Below are positions 8,042-19,101 of a stretch of DNA of 64,000 bases, piece after piece (the first letter of the stretch is position 1; each line of letters begins with the position of its first letter). A program made the position numbers and the translations under genes. The notes below the pieces were generated by a model. It worked only from the letters and a program-made list of their open reading frames with translations, made no database searches and was not told where the DNA came from. Origin of the DNA: a virus; IMG/VR virus record IMGVR_UViG_3300024239_000017, one strand, 5' to 3'.

Positions 8042-9960
8042 AAAATTATATATACGATTTAGAAACATACCCTAATCTATTCTGCGGTGTTTTTAATACT
8101 GAAGGTAAAGAAACTGTTTTTGAAATAAGTGCTAGAAAAAATGATTATGAAAAACTTTTAGAATTTTACACTGATAAAAATATAAAATATGCTATAGGTT
8201 TTAATAATGTTAGATTTGACGCTCAAATTCTACATTATTTAGTATCCAATAAAGAATTATTTATAAAAAAACAAGGATCTGAACTCGTAAGTTTAATTTT
8301 TCTTTTTGCTCAAAAAGTAATATCATCAACTTATGATGGTGGTTTTCCACCATATGCTGAATGGAATTTTGAGGTAAAACAAATTGATTTGTTTTTAATA
8401 AACCATTATAACAATAAAAACAAAATGACAAGTTTGAAGTGGATTGAATTTAGTATTAACCATCCAAAAGTACAAGATCTACCTTATAAATTTGACAGAC
8501 CTTTAAAATCAAGTCAATTTGATGAAGTTATTGAATACTGTAAGAACGACGTTAATGCTACAAGAAAGTTCGCAGAGGAATGCAGAGATTTAATAAAACT
8601 TAGAATTTCTCAAGACAAGCAATATCCTAAACTTAGATTGTTGAATAAACCAGATTCTAGCGTAGGAGAACAATTGTTTTTACATTTCATGTCAGAATCA
8701 ATGGGTATTGATATTAAGGAACTTAGAAAAATGAGAACTCATAGAGCTCCGCTTCCTGTAAAAGACTTAATACTACCTTATATTAATTTTAAAACATCTG
8801 AATTTCAAAAAATATTGGATTGGTATAATTCATCTATGACAGGTGGTTTGGAAAACAGTGTAATGTTTGCTGGAATAGAGTTCGTATTTGGAGAAGGTGG
8901 AATACATGCCAGTTGGGAAAATAAAATATTCGAAGCAGATTCTGAATATGATATACTCGATATTGACGTAACGTCATTCTATCCAAATTTAGCAATTGTA
9001 AATAATTTTAGACCTGAACATTTAGGAGACGCGTTTTCTCGCGTTTATAAAAATCTATTCTTAGAAAGAAAAAAATATCCTAAAGGAAGTGTTGAGAATC
9101 TATCGTATAAAATTATCTTAAATGGATCTTATGGAAAATTTGGAGACGAATATTCTTTCTTATATGATAAAAAAGTAATGAACCAGATTTGTATTAATGG
9201 TCAATTATTAATTGCAATGTTATGTGAAAGATTATCATTTATTGATAGTGTCACTATTATTCAAGCAAACACAGACGGTGTAACAATTAAAGTTAAAAAA
9301 TCTAAAAGAAACGAAGTAGAAGATACATGTAAGAGATGGGAAAAACTCACTAGTCTTGAATTAGAATATGCCGAGTATAAAAAAATGGTAATTAATAATG
9401 TAAATAATTACATGGCTCAGTATACAGATGGTAAAATAAAAGATAAAGGAGCATCATATATTGTTAATCCAGACCATCATAAAAATAAATCTCAACGTAT
9501 AGTACAAATAGCATTAAGAAAATACTTTTTTGAAGGAATACCTATTAGAGAAACAATAGAAAATCATTTAACCACTACGGAAAAAGGATCTGAATGGAAT
9601 GAGAAAAAGCAAAAATACGAAGTACCTTATTACGGAATATATGACTTCTGTATAGGTAGAAAGGTAAAATGGAATCAGCGTTATGTTATTTTAAAAGGAA
9701 TGGAAGATATAAAAATTAATGAAAAAGTAATTAGATATTTCATTACCAAGGATAAAGCTACAATGATGAAGATGTATGACGACGGCAGAGTAGAATCTGT
9801 GAATAAGGGATATAACGCTAAACTATTTCAAAACTATGAAGAATTAAAACCAGAAGATTATGGTGTTAATTACGAATATTATATAAACGAATGTTATAAA
9901 ATAACAACACCTTTTGATAATGGAAATCCTAAACTAGGAAAACAATTATCTTTATTTTAA
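8038..9960 (+). CDS. Family B DNA polymerase with 3'-5' exonuclease
   Basis: YDLETYP (ExoI), GFNNVRFD, YCKND, DVTSFYPN, KIILNGSYGK, NTDG. Confidence 0.93.
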   Translation: MKNYIYDLETYPNLFCGVFNTEGKETVFEISARKNDYEKLLEFYTDKNIKYAIGFNNVRFDAQILHYLVSNKELFIKKQGSELVSLIFLFAQKVISSTYDGGFPPYAEWNFEVKQIDLFLINHYNNKNKMTSLKWIEFSINHPKVQDLPYKFDRPLKSSQFDEVIEYCKNDVNATRKFAEECRDLIKLRISQDKQYPKLRLLNKPDSSVGEQLFLHFMSESMGIDIKELRKMRTHRAPLPVKDLILPYINFKTSEFQKILDWYNSSMTGGLENSVMFAGIEFVFGEGGIHASWENKIFEADSEYDILDIDVTSFYPNLAIVNNFRPEHLGDAFSRVYKNLFLERKKYPKGSVENLSYKIILNGSYGKFGDEYSFLYDKKVMNQICINGQLLIAMLCERLSFIDSVTIIQANTDGVTIKVKKSKRNEVEDTCKRWEKLTSLELEYAEYKKMVINNVNNYMAQYTDGKIKDKGASYIVNPDHHKNKSQRIVQIALRKYFFEGIPIRETIENHLTTTEKGSEWNEKKQKYEVPYYGIYDFCIGRKVKWNQRYVILKGMEDIKINEKVIRYFITKDKATMMKMYDDGRVESVNKGYNAKLFQNYEELKPEDYGVNYEYYINECYKITTPFDNGNPKLGKQLSLF

Positions 9961-9977
9961 AATAAAATTATAAAATT

Positions 9978-10208
9978 ATGAAGCAAATATATTTAATAGA
10001 AAAATTATGGATCTCAGAAATAGCCCATAAAGATCACGAGGCGTATGGATATGAGATAATCGGGTATTTAGAAAAAGCGGAAGAAATACCTTATTACATA
10101 AACTCCGCAACACGTATTTACGATGTAAATGATTGTTGGGCAATAAAAGATAGATTACCTGAGTACAGAGTATATATTTTAAATAAACTAGAAGTAAATG
10201 AAGAATAA
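9978..10208 (+). CDS. Hypothetical protein
   Basis: ORF in operon. Confidence 0.6.
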   Translation: MKQIYLIEKLWISEIAHKDHEAYGYEIIGYLEKAEEIPYYINSATRIYDVNDCWAIKDRLPEYRVYILNKLEVNEE

Positions 10209-10614
10209 ATATTTAGGATTAAATAAAGTGTTTTCGGTGGATATACCTATTTACGATATTGATTTAGTTGTAATGGTAGGAGACGACATCCCCGCATTAA
10301 AAAAACAATTGGAAGAATTAGTAAAAGAAGATCTAAGGTATAAACTAGACGAACTATGGAACCAACATGATATATCACTACAAGGATACTATACACACAA
10401 TGACCCTTTAAAAGTAATATACATGTCAGACACTGAAGACTACCATGAATTCATATCTGTACTATCACATGAAATACTTCACGCTGTATTTAACATAGCT
10501 AAATATATAGGACTTAAATACTCTGATAAATCAGAAGAGGCTTATACATACCTAACAGGTTATATAACTAGAGAGATATACAAACAGTTAGATGAATATA
10601 TACCTAGTACTTAA
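10198..10614 (+). CDS. Small zincin-like HExxH protein
   Basis: HEILH...EEAYTYL; similar to 62817-63161. Confidence 0.65.
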   Translation: MKNKYLGLNKVFSVDIPIYDIDLVVMVGDDIPALKKQLEELVKEDLRYKLDELWNQHDISLQGYYTHNDPLKVIYMSDTEDYHEFISVLSHEILHAVFNIAKYIGLKYSDKSEEAYTYLTGYITREIYKQLDEYIPST

Positions 10615-10620
10615 TAAACA

Positions 10621-10652
10621 CCCCCTACTTATTCAGGTAGGGGTTTTATTTT
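10621..10652 (+). terminator. Intrinsic terminator
   Basis: CCCCTAC...GTAGGGG followed by TTTTATTTT. Confidence 0.8.
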
Positions 10653-10661
10653 ACCCCCTCC

Positions 10662-10740
10662 TCAAAACATGTTTGTAATTTTCAAAATACGCTTTGAGTT
10701 TTTCAAAATACGCTTTGAGTTTTTCAAAATACGATTTAGA
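10662..10740 (+). repeat. Tandem repeat of about 21 bp, about 4 units (TCAAAATACGCTTTGAGTTTT)
   Basis: Units start at 10662 (degenerate), 10682, 10703 and 10724. Confidence 0.85.
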
Positions 10741-11483
10741 TAGGGAGTGACTACCTACTATATAAAAAACGCCCCCCAGATTTCAAAATTTTTTCCATAC
10801 CCCCTATCTATCAAAAGCCAGTTTTCAATAGATAACGTCTATAAGTTAAATATTTGTTAAATTTAGTTTTTTATTTGTGTATCTCAATTTTAAACATTTG
10901 TTTAATTTTAAGCCAGTTCTAGACTGTTATGCAATACATATTTATTTCAGCTTTTTTACTTGTTTTTGTCAAATATTTAAAAATATATGTAAATTATTAA
11001 ATTATTAATAATTGCAAATATTTTTTATTAAATTGCTATGCAATACATTGTTTTTATTGTGAATTATTTAGAATAATTCTAAATTAATTTAAACAAATGT
11101 TTATTTGAATGTTAAAAACCTATTTTTTAGCTTATTTTAGGCACTATCTTTTTAAATATGTATGTAAGTATCAACTTATAAAAAATAATTGATTTTTGAT
11201 AAAAAACCTTTGTTTATCGTACTTTACAAAGGTTTTTGATACTGGCTTACTAATTACATGACAAAAATCATGTTTTTTAATTTGCGTATCTCATAAATTT
11301 TTATATATTTTAAAATTATTCATATTATTTTAATACCTTATTTAGATTTATTCTAAATTACAAGTTTTTGAAAGTTTGGCACACTTTCTGCAATACTCTA
11401 AACGTAACGGTAACGTTACAAGAGTAGAAGCGCAAAGATAGATATTATCTATCAAACCATATAGACAAAATCTATTAAAAAAG

Positions 11484-11516
11484 TTTGTTTTATACTGGTA
11501 AAAATATATATCTTTG
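11484..11516 (+). promoter_or_regulatory. Bacteroidota-type promoter
   Basis: TTTG(11484)-N21-TATCTTTG(11509-11516). Confidence 0.6.
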
Positions 11517-11757
11517 CAAAGTGGTTTTTGAGAAATGGATATGTAAAAAAACTACAAAGAAAATACGTTCATTGGCATTATTGGGAAAAAATAGGTATAT
11601 TCATGGGATAACTATGTCCAAAAAATATCTAGGAACTTTAACCTAGTAAAAAAATTAAGGGTTGTCAATACTTACTGGAATAATCATGTCCAAAAATGTA
11701 AGTATTATAAACACAACCCGAAATATATACAATAACTAACTAACAAATAATTTTATT

Positions 11758-12339
11758 ATGGACAAAAAATCAGTAGATACTTTTGTATCGGGGATTGATG
11801 CGTTAATGCAAAAAACTGTAAACGCTAAAAAAGTGAAAATATCAATAACTGCCGTTATCGGTGGGGAGTCTGTAACAGTGTATTCTGACGAAGTAGAAGC
11901 TAACGAACTTCAAACTTCTGGGTATGATGCGTTCAGACGCGAAGTGAATGACCTTACTACCTACTACAAAGGTATGAATATTGCAGGAGCAAAGTGTGTT
12001 CTTACAATAGGTGAGTACAAATTTGATTTTGTAGGTGGTAAATTTGTAAGCAATCTTAATACGCTTGTTAATGGTGCAGTGTTAAGAGTTGGCGGTACAA
12101 ATAGAAAGGGTATGCTAGGTAAAAAGCATGACCTTAAGAGAGAAGAGAAAAAAGCATTGATGGATAAATTAGTGCCTCAAGGAAGTAGTTTACTACAATG
12201 GATTAGTGTATCTGCCTTTTTGGATAAATACGAAGACGCTGATATTAAACAGGCTTCTTCTGCCCTAATTTTTGATGACAAAGGTGCGTTAATATTTGAC
12301 AAACCTGCAACCAAAGAAATTGAGGTAAGTGGAGAATAA
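11758..12339 (+). CDS. Hypothetical protein
   Basis: 193-aa ORF. Confidence 0.7.
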   Translation: MDKKSVDTFVSGIDALMQKTVNAKKVKISITAVIGGESVTVYSDEVEANELQTSGYDAFRREVNDLTTYYKGMNIAGAKCVLTIGEYKFDFVGGKFVSNLNTLVNGAVLRVGGTNRKGMLGKKHDLKREEKKALMDKLVPQGSSLLQWISVSAFLDKYEDADIKQASSALIFDDKGALIFDKPATKEIEVSGE

Positions 12340-12754
12340 ATTTTTAGAGGTGCGTCTCAGGACGCACCTTATAAAAGAACAGATGTCGTTGGGCAAAAAA
12401 CGACATAGAGTAGAGGTAAAACTCGGAGCGGGGCTTGGTGTGTTTAGACACCACCAACTTACAAAATCTAAAAACATAGATTCTGATAGGGAGAAAACTG
12501 GGCTTTTTGTATCTAGTGAAAAAACCCTAACTAAAAAAGTGCGTATGCCTAAAAATGGTACGGCACGAAAAATCCACAAAAAAGAAGTAGCAATAGCTAA
12601 AAACCACAGTGATGGTATTTTGGCAGAGAGGGCTACGTTTAATTCAATCTATGAGGCGTATTGTAATAAATATGGTTTTATAGAATGGAGAAAATTTGAA
12701 AAATATAAAAACGGTAAAACGTTTCAAAAAAGAATCCAATCATTAGACGCTTAA
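12329..12754 (+). CDS. Basic hypothetical protein
   Basis: 141-aa ORF followed by a terminator hairpin. Confidence 0.55.
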   Translation: MENKFLEVRLRTHLIKEQMSLGKKRHRVEVKLGAGLGVFRHHQLTKSKNIDSDREKTGLFVSSEKTLTKKVRMPKNGTARKIHKKEVAIAKNHSDGILAERATFNSIYEAYCNKYGFIEWRKFEKYKNGKTFQKRIQSLDA

Positions 12755-13073
12755 TGCGTCTTTTTTTATGCCTATACTTTCCTAAAAATAATGCTCAATA
12801 TAAAAAATTTTTACCCTTAGTAAGTTTATACTGACTGAGGGAACCAATGCAGTAGGTGTACATTTTTTGTACGCCTTTTTTGCGAAACCTGAATTAACAG
12901 GTAGGTTGTCGCCCCGTTAACAATCTTACTTCCCAGCTGAGGGAAAGGTGGGTATTAAGTACAATAGGTGATTTTGTTATCACCAAAAAATTATGGATAC
13001 ACTTGAAAGCGCACACAAAGGTTTACAACCAGTGCGCTTATTTTTTTGATTATTAACATTAAATAACAATACA

Positions 13074-13406
13074 ATGAAGCCATTCAGTAGAGAAGCAAAA
13101 CAAAAATACATCTCGGAACACATGTCAGAATTGACTGAAAAAAGTTTTGAGGAGTATTATAACTTTTTCCATCAGCTAATAAAAGCGCAAGAAAAAAAGG
13201 CAAACGCTGAAACATACGTAAAAAAATCCGTAACAGTAAAAAAGATTATTGTTATTAACGGAAGAAAGCAAGAGGTATCTAGTTCTATGCTAGAAATAGT
13301 ACACCCAAAAGAAGAGGGTATGACTAGAGAAAAACTGGATAAACACCTTACAAAATTAAGAGACCTTTATGAGAAACATAACATAGAGGAGACCGTTAAA
13401 AAATAA
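13074..13406 (+). CDS. Hypothetical protein
   Basis: 110-aa ORF. Confidence 0.65.
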   Translation: MKPFSREAKQKYISEHMSELTEKSFEEYYNFFHQLIKAQEKKANAETYVKKSVTVKKIIVINGRKQEVSSSMLEIVHPKEEGMTREKLDKHLTKLRDLYEKHNIEETVKK

Positions 13407-14833
13407 ATTGTATCATTGTTATTGTAATTGTTAATGTGTTAGCATTTAGGGGGCGTATTGCGCTCCCTTTTTGCATAACATTTATGGCGGTATAATAACA
13501 AAGGTTTAATATAAAAGAAATAAAAAAACTAGACATCATAGACCTAATAGTATCATTCATACTTGTACTAATACCTTTAACAATAGGAGTATTATTATGC
13601 TATGTAATTATGTTTCATTTATTAATACTTGTAAAGCTAGTGTTAATCGTACTGGTTTCAATTGCGGTGGTTAGATTAACCGCTATACTATTAATTCAAA
13701 GAGAGTAATTTGTATGGTGATTATATCCAAATTGCGAAATTCGCAATGAAAAATGCGTGGGGTTGGGATTTTTTGGTCTCAACCCTAGTGCATTTTGGCA
13801 TTTTTAGTAATACCTATTATTTAAAATGTAATTAATTGTGGGATTCATTATGAATTTAATAATTAATCAGTGTGTAATTAAGTAGTTTTTGGGTGTATAA
13901 TAACGTATTAAAATTTTAAAATTGTATTTGAAAAATTATTTTTTAAAAAATGTAACACGTTGATACAGTGTGTGGTAGAAGGAATTTATCCCCCAAACAA
14001 ATTTTTAAACAAGGACTTTCCTCACTCAACAACGCTTTAATATTATACACTATTTAACCCCAATCAACAATCATGCAAAATAATACACTTATCTTATTGA
14101 AAACAATTAGATACCTTGTAAGTATTCTATATTACAGTGATACTGCTAAAGCACCTGTATTGGATATTATAAATCGTTGGATTGAATACGAGAAAAAATA
14201 TAACTCTTAAATAACATTATAATTATTAAATGTTTATATATTGCCACGTTATATATATTAGCACCTACTAAGGGTACATTCTTTAGTAAGTTTATGCTTA
14301 TTAGTGATGATAGGTTAGAATGTAGTTATGGGTATAGTTATAATTAATAAATACCTATTTTACTTTGCGGTTTTAAAAAACTTAAACAATTTTCCCAAAT
14401 AAAACTAACTATGAAAGTAATTGCATACTCTTCAGAACTACAATATATCTATTTAAATAATAATGGATGTCTTGTATCTATTCAAACTAATGAATCAAAA
14501 TCATTTTTAAAAAATGTGTTTGGTAATTTACCTGATGTTCCTAATAGAACAGAAGCAGAAAAATTATTGAATATATAATTGTAAAACATATAAATAATTT
14601 AAAGGATAAACTCCGTAAGACCAATGGAAGCCATTACAAAGTACAAAGGCAGTTGAAGTTTATCCTTTTTTAATTCTTATGAAACATATTAAAAAAACAG
14701 ACAATAGAAATAAATATTTCTTAGTTAAAAGTTTGTTTAAAATAGTAGACGCTTTAGTAACATTATTATCATTAGGATATTATTGGTCTGACTTTGAGTA
14801 TAATTACGTCAAAAAAACAATTAGTTAAGTAAC

Positions 14834-15295
14834 ATGGAAAAGCTAGTAGATATATTAATGCTACCTACAAATACAAAAACAAGTGTATTAAAGGTATATT
14901 CTGATGTAAATAAGGTTTTATACAACCTAAGATATAATGCGGAAAAAAATGATGATTATAAAGAATACCAACATCTTTATTTATTATCTAATGAGGAGGT
15001 TAAAGAAGGAGATTTTTGTATGTCATTTCCAGAGCAATTAAATCCTAACAATATTCATATATGTATAGATAGTGATTGTAAATTACACAAGTGTATGAAA
15101 ATCATTGCTACTACTGATGAATCATTAGGTTTACCAAAACCATCAAATAAATTCACAAAAAAGTTCTGTGAATACGGAGGTTTAAAAGTATGCTCAGTTA
15201 AACTTGATTATATACATACTGACTTTGCACCAAATGGTTTTGAAACATTTTTAAAAATAACCAGTGATAACACTGTAGTAACAAATTTGGATTAA
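14834..15295 (+). CDS. Hypothetical protein, paralog of the N terminus of 39795-40568
   Basis: Shared LPT/QHLY..S.EE.K.GD/KII.TTD..L motifs. Confidence 0.7.
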   Translation: MEKLVDILMLPTNTKTSVLKVYSDVNKVLYNLRYNAEKNDDYKEYQHLYLLSNEEVKEGDFCMSFPEQLNPNNIHICIDSDCKLHKCMKIIATTDESLGLPKPSNKFTKKFCEYGGLKVCSVKLDYIHTDFAPNGFETFLKITSDNTVVTNLD

Positions 15296-15296
15296 C

Positions 15297-15584
15297 ATGG
15301 AAAAAGTATTCGGTGGAGTAAATCATAATGTAGAATTCCCTACATTTGATTCTATAGAAAATTTTGTATATGACGGTTTATTTGTAGAAAGTAAAAAAGG
15401 TTTTGCAAAATACAAAGTAGTTTCGTTAGTAGAATGGACTAACGATTCAGGAATAGGTAAGTTTTTATGTAGCGATGGTAAAGAAAGATTAATTCCGTCT
15501 TGCCAACTAACAAAAGAATTTTTATCTAAATTTCCTAAAAGAAATAGAAATGGAGTATTGTTTGGACAACCTAGTAAATCATAA
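15297..15584 (+). CDS. Hypothetical protein
   Basis: ORF in operon. Confidence 0.65.
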   Translation: MEKVFGGVNHNVEFPTFDSIENFVYDGLFVESKKGFAKYKVVSLVEWTNDSGIGKFLCSDGKERLIPSCQLTKEFLSKFPKRNRNGVLFGQPSKS

Positions 15585-15588
15585 CAAA

Positions 15589-15822
15589 ATGAAAAAAATA
15601 TCATTGCTATTATTAATTGTTATTGTAACATTAATTAATTGTTCACACTCAACAAACAATATAGTATTAGAAGTACATTTTGATAATAATAAAGTAGATA
15701 CTTTATCTAAGAGAGCTTATACTTATTTTTTAATCGACGACAATTTATATTTTAAAGACGGTTTGGGAAATAGTAATCAAGTTGCAAATGGTGTAAAGTA
15801 TATAAAACAGTTAAACCATTAA
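15589..15822 (+). CDS. Putative lipoprotein
   Basis: MKKISLLLLIVIVTLINC signal peptide ending in Cys. Confidence 0.55.
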   Translation: MKKISLLLLIVIVTLINCSHSTNNIVLEVHFDNNKVDTLSKRAYTYFLIDDNLYFKDGLGNSNQVANGVKYIKQLNH

Positions 15823-15832
15823 AACTATTAAA

Positions 15833-16060
15833 ATGGGATTTTTAAAAACATTACGTGAATCAATTCATATACCTACAAAAATTGTATCAAGTATCTCACT
15901 AGAAAAACCTCTACAAATTCCTGACATTAAAGTAGAAGTTATCACTAAACCATTCGTACCGCCGAAAATTGATTATGCAGGTATAGAAATAGGTGAACCG
16001 ACTAAGGTAGGTAAACATTTGAAACACTTTAATGACATTCTCACCGATGTCGTAAATTAA
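15833..16060 (+). CDS. Hypothetical protein
   Basis: ORF in operon. Confidence 0.6.
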   Translation: MGFLKTLRESIHIPTKIVSSISLEKPLQIPDIKVEVITKPFVPPKIDYAGIEIGEPTKVGKHLKHFNDILTDVVN

Positions 16061-16125
16061 GTATTTGTAAGTTAATGCCATCTTAAACAAACACTTAATG
16101 TGGCACCTTAAATGGTGCCAAAACC

Positions 16126-16220
16126 GACCTGTTCGTCTAGTGGTAAGGATAAGGCACGTGTTAATGCTTATAGATTAGTTAACACCGTCCGAGACAGAGG
16201 TTCGACTCCTCTACAGGTTA
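16126..16220 (+). ncRNA. tRNA-Glu-like body with the anticodon arm replaced by a long hairpin
   Basis: GACCTGT/ACAGGTT-A, Glu-type D arm, AGAGG-TTCGACT-CCTCT, GTGTTAA-N14-TTAACAC. Confidence 0.75.
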
Positions 16221-16243
16221 CAAATTAATTAAACTTAATAATT

Positions 16244-16732
16244 ATGAAAAAATTATTCGCACAATCAGATATAGATGGTTTTGGTAAAGTAGAAGTTTTA
16301 GCATATTATACCAATGGACTTAATGAAGAAATGGTATTGATTGGATTATTGACACCTGATTTTCAAGGGCAACCAATTGATGGATTTTTTAGTGATGATT
16401 TATTAAGTGAGTTAGAAATTGTTAGTACTGTTGAGAGGATATTAGAATATTCAAAAGAATGGCAACTATATCTTGTATTAAAAGAAGATTTAACAAATTT
16501 TCATTACGAAGTAGAATATAATAATTTAAAATGTATTTGTTGTGATGTAGAATTTGAAAAAGATGATATTCCTCAAAATTATGGTACTGTAGTAGGAGGA
16601 TATGGAAGTGACTATGATTTTATAGAACATGAAATAGCCATATGTGACAAATGTATTAGAGAAAAATTAGAGAAAAAAGCTATAAATCCTTTAAGAAATA
16701 TTTTAACAAAAGTAAAATATCAAAGACAATGA
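16244..16732 (+). CDS. Hypothetical protein (FGKVEVLAY family) with a C-terminal CxxC pair
   Basis: Paralog of 17428-17766. Confidence 0.7.
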   Translation: MKKLFAQSDIDGFGKVEVLAYYTNGLNEEMVLIGLLTPDFQGQPIDGFFSDDLLSELEIVSTVERILEYSKEWQLYLVLKEDLTNFHYEVEYNNLKCICCDVEFEKDDIPQNYGTVVGGYGSDYDFIEHEIAICDKCIREKLEKKAINPLRNILTKVKYQRQ

Positions 16733-17076
16733 AAGATTTAGATTTAAATAATTTACAGAAATGTAGATATAAAGAATATGATAGTAGTATAGTTGAGGGT
16801 TATGTATTAGCTAAAAGAGATTCAAAAAATCATTATTTAGTATATACCATAAATGGTAATAGGGGTCATAGCGGTGCTGGTGATTATGAAGGTATTCAAC
16901 AAGATGGGTATAACTTTTATATTACAGAAAAAGAGTTTAAATTATTAAGAAATGACAGCAAAATGTGGTATGTTTCAGAGGATTATTTTATAAATATAAT
17001 TGAAGTAGAAAACAATACTACTAATATCATCACAACAGTTGATGAAAACGGTAAGATACTTATAACAAAAGACTAA
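16729..17076 (+). CDS. Hypothetical protein (GHxG/WYV family)
   Basis: Paralog of 17081 and 17769. Confidence 0.7.
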   Translation: MKDLDLNNLQKCRYKEYDSSIVEGYVLAKRDSKNHYLVYTINGNRGHSGAGDYEGIQQDGYNFYITEKEFKLLRNDSKMWYVSEDYFINIIEVENNTTNIITTVDENGKILITKD

Positions 17077-17080
17077 CATT

Positions 17081-17422
17081 ATGAACAAAGATATAATTGG
17101 AAAATATTGTGAATTTTATCTAGACGACGGTTCTGACGAAAGAGAAATAGGAAAAATTATAGGTTTCAATCCTAATAATAATGATGAGTTATTAGTATAT
17201 GTTACTTCTAGTGATATAGGGCATAGTGGTGATTATTATGAATGGTTGTTAAGAGAAGGATGGGAAATTGATATACTTGAAGAACTATTTGAATTATTAA
17301 GAAAAGATAATAGATTTTGGTATGTTATTAGTGATTTATTTATTGGATTTGTAGACAATGAAATTTTATCAATAGAAACAACCGTAGACGAATCAGGTAA
17401 AATAATTATAACTAAAACTTAA
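17081..17422 (+). CDS. Hypothetical protein (GHxG/WYV family)
   Basis: C-terminal TTVDESGKIIITK. Confidence 0.7.
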   Translation: MNKDIIGKYCEFYLDDGSDEREIGKIIGFNPNNNDELLVYVTSSDIGHSGDYYEWLLREGWEIDILEELFELLRKDNRFWYVISDLFIGFVDNEILSIETTVDESGKIIITKT

Positions 17423-17427
17423 ATATT

Positions 17428-17766
17428 ATGAAAAGAATATTTGCACAGCATTCACACTTTGGTAAAGTAGAAGTTTTAGCTTATGATACTATCTATGATT
17501 CAGATACATGGGTATTAGTTGGTTTAGATATGCCTAGAGGACACAGTGATTATGGTATATTAAACGAACTACAAATTATTAGTGACGTAGAAACAATATA
17601 TAATTATGCTAGTAAGTCTAAACTTTATTGGGTAGAACCAGATGATTTAATTTATCCCGATTCCAAAATAATAGATGTTGTTTCTAAAGAAAATGAAGAA
17701 CCTAAACAATCGACTACAAAACTATTAAGACAAAAAAGTTTTGTAAAAATAGACCAAACAGTTTAA
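17428..17766 (+). CDS. Hypothetical protein (FGKVEVLAY family)
   Basis: Paralog of 16244. Confidence 0.7.
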   Translation: MKRIFAQHSHFGKVEVLAYDTIYDSDTWVLVGLDMPRGHSDYGILNELQIISDVETIYNYASKSKLYWVEPDDLIYPDSKIIDVVSKENEEPKQSTTKLLRQKSFVKIDQTV

Positions 17767-17768
17767 AT

Positions 17769-18122
17769 ATGTATACTATAGATATTTTAAATAAAACTTG
17801 TAGATTTGTAAACGAGAATACTGGTTCTGAAGCTATAGGAACAATAGTAGCTTTTAGAAACAAACCCTGTAAAGAATTATTAATAAATTTTTTAGAAGGG
17901 GATGAAGGTCATATTGGCCCAGAATATGATTTTTTGAAAAAAAATTCAAACGATTGGAATATTTTGATGACAAATGATGAGTACCAAAAGTTAAGAGATT
18001 TTAATAATCTGTGGTATGTAAATGAAGACCTAGTAATTAGTATTGAAGAAAGTAATGACAATAAACAAACCATACAAACATCAGTCGACGAATCGGGTAA
18101 AATAATTATAACTAAACTTTAA
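17769..18122 (+). CDS. Hypothetical protein (GHxG/WYV family)
   Basis: C-terminal TSVDESGKIIITK. Confidence 0.7.
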   Translation: MYTIDILNKTCRFVNENTGSEAIGTIVAFRNKPCKELLINFLEGDEGHIGPEYDFLKKNSNDWNILMTNDEYQKLRDFNNLWYVNEDLVISIEESNDNKQTIQTSVDESGKIIITKL

Positions 18123-18139
18123 ATATAAAATCGTGTATT

Positions 18140-18430
18140 ATGAAAACATTTTCAAGTATTTTCAACGCAACTAAAGAAAACCTAAAAGCAGAAAAAGCTC
18201 CTTTAATTAGAAAGAAAAATGAAAGAGCTGTAGATGCTGCTATTGACTCTGCTCTAGAACAAAAGATTGACGCAGAAGAAGAACTTTCAGCGTCTTTAGA
18301 AGTTGTAAGAGAAGGTAAGGTCATCAACGTAAACAAGGTTTTAGAACTTCGTCAAAAAATAGACGACTGTGATAAAACTATCGAAGCATTAAAAGAATTC
18401 AAAACAGAATTCTTTGCAGAAGAAAAATAA
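18140..18430 (+). CDS. Coiled-coil protein, similar to 24035-24376
   Basis: Heptad-rich; strongly biased codon usage. Confidence 0.7.
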   Translation: MKTFSSIFNATKENLKAEKAPLIRKKNERAVDAAIDSALEQKIDAEEELSASLEVVREGKVINVNKVLELRQKIDDCDKTIEALKEFKTEFFAEEK

Positions 18431-18471
18431 AAATAAAATAGGTTTATAATAGTATAAACCTATTTTTACAC

Positions 18472-18543
18472 GGCTCGTTCGTCTATCGGTTAGGACACTT
18501 GGTTTTCAACCAAGCAAGAGGGGTTCGATTCCCCTACGAGCTA
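18472..18543 (+). tRNA. tRNA-Glu(TTC), second copy
   Basis: GGCTCGT/ACGAGCT, CTTGG-TTTTCAA-CCAAG. Confidence 0.92.
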
Positions 18544-18557
18544 CTAAAAATTACGTT

Positions 18558-18800
18558 ATGAAAATAATTAGAAAACTATTTTACAACGAAAATACTAAGG
18601 TATATTCGGTAGAACTAGGGGAGAGTAACAAAGAAGTTACTTTCACTATTGATGACGTGAAAAGTTTAAATACTTATATAAACTATTATGGGTATACATT
18701 TTGTTATATAGCATTAATAAATAATGAATATTATTTATGTAGCGCAGAAGAAACAAAACAAGGTGTAATACTCAGAGAGTTATTAGAACAATTAGATTAA
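18558..18800 (+). CDS. Hypothetical protein
   Basis: ORF. Confidence 0.6.
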   Translation: MKIIRKLFYNENTKVYSVELGESNKEVTFTIDDVKSLNTYINYYGYTFCYIALINNEYYLCSAEETKQGVILRELLEQLD

Positions 18801-18825
18801 TTCCTCACTCAACATTTAAAATATT

Positions 18826-19044
18826 ATGAAAGTAAAAAACTTATTTTATTTAATTACAACTTTATTATTTGTAATAGGGTTGTGGCAAGTAATCTCAAAC
18901 TTTAAAAGTATGGGAGAAGATGGTCAAGTTTTCTCAATTTTAGGATTGGTAATTCTTTTCATAGGAGTTCTAGTCGGTTTGATTGAATTTTTAAGTGAAA
19001 ATTGGGATAGAAAAATAAGTTTCAAAAATTTTTTTGAAAGGTAA
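18826..19044 (+). CDS. Small membrane protein with two TM segments
   Basis: Two hydrophobic segments. Confidence 0.6.
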   Translation: MKVKNLFYLITTLLFVIGLWQVISNFKSMGEDGQVFSILGLVILFIGVLVGLIEFLSENWDRKISFKNFFER

Positions 19045-19101
19045 TTTGATTTCATACAACGTATATAGTAAGAGTTATATCTATTTTCTCTTACTATATA
19101 C

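Noticed and set aside
10662-10740. Possible CRISPR array
   Set aside because: Head-to-tail repeats without unique spacers; no cas genes.
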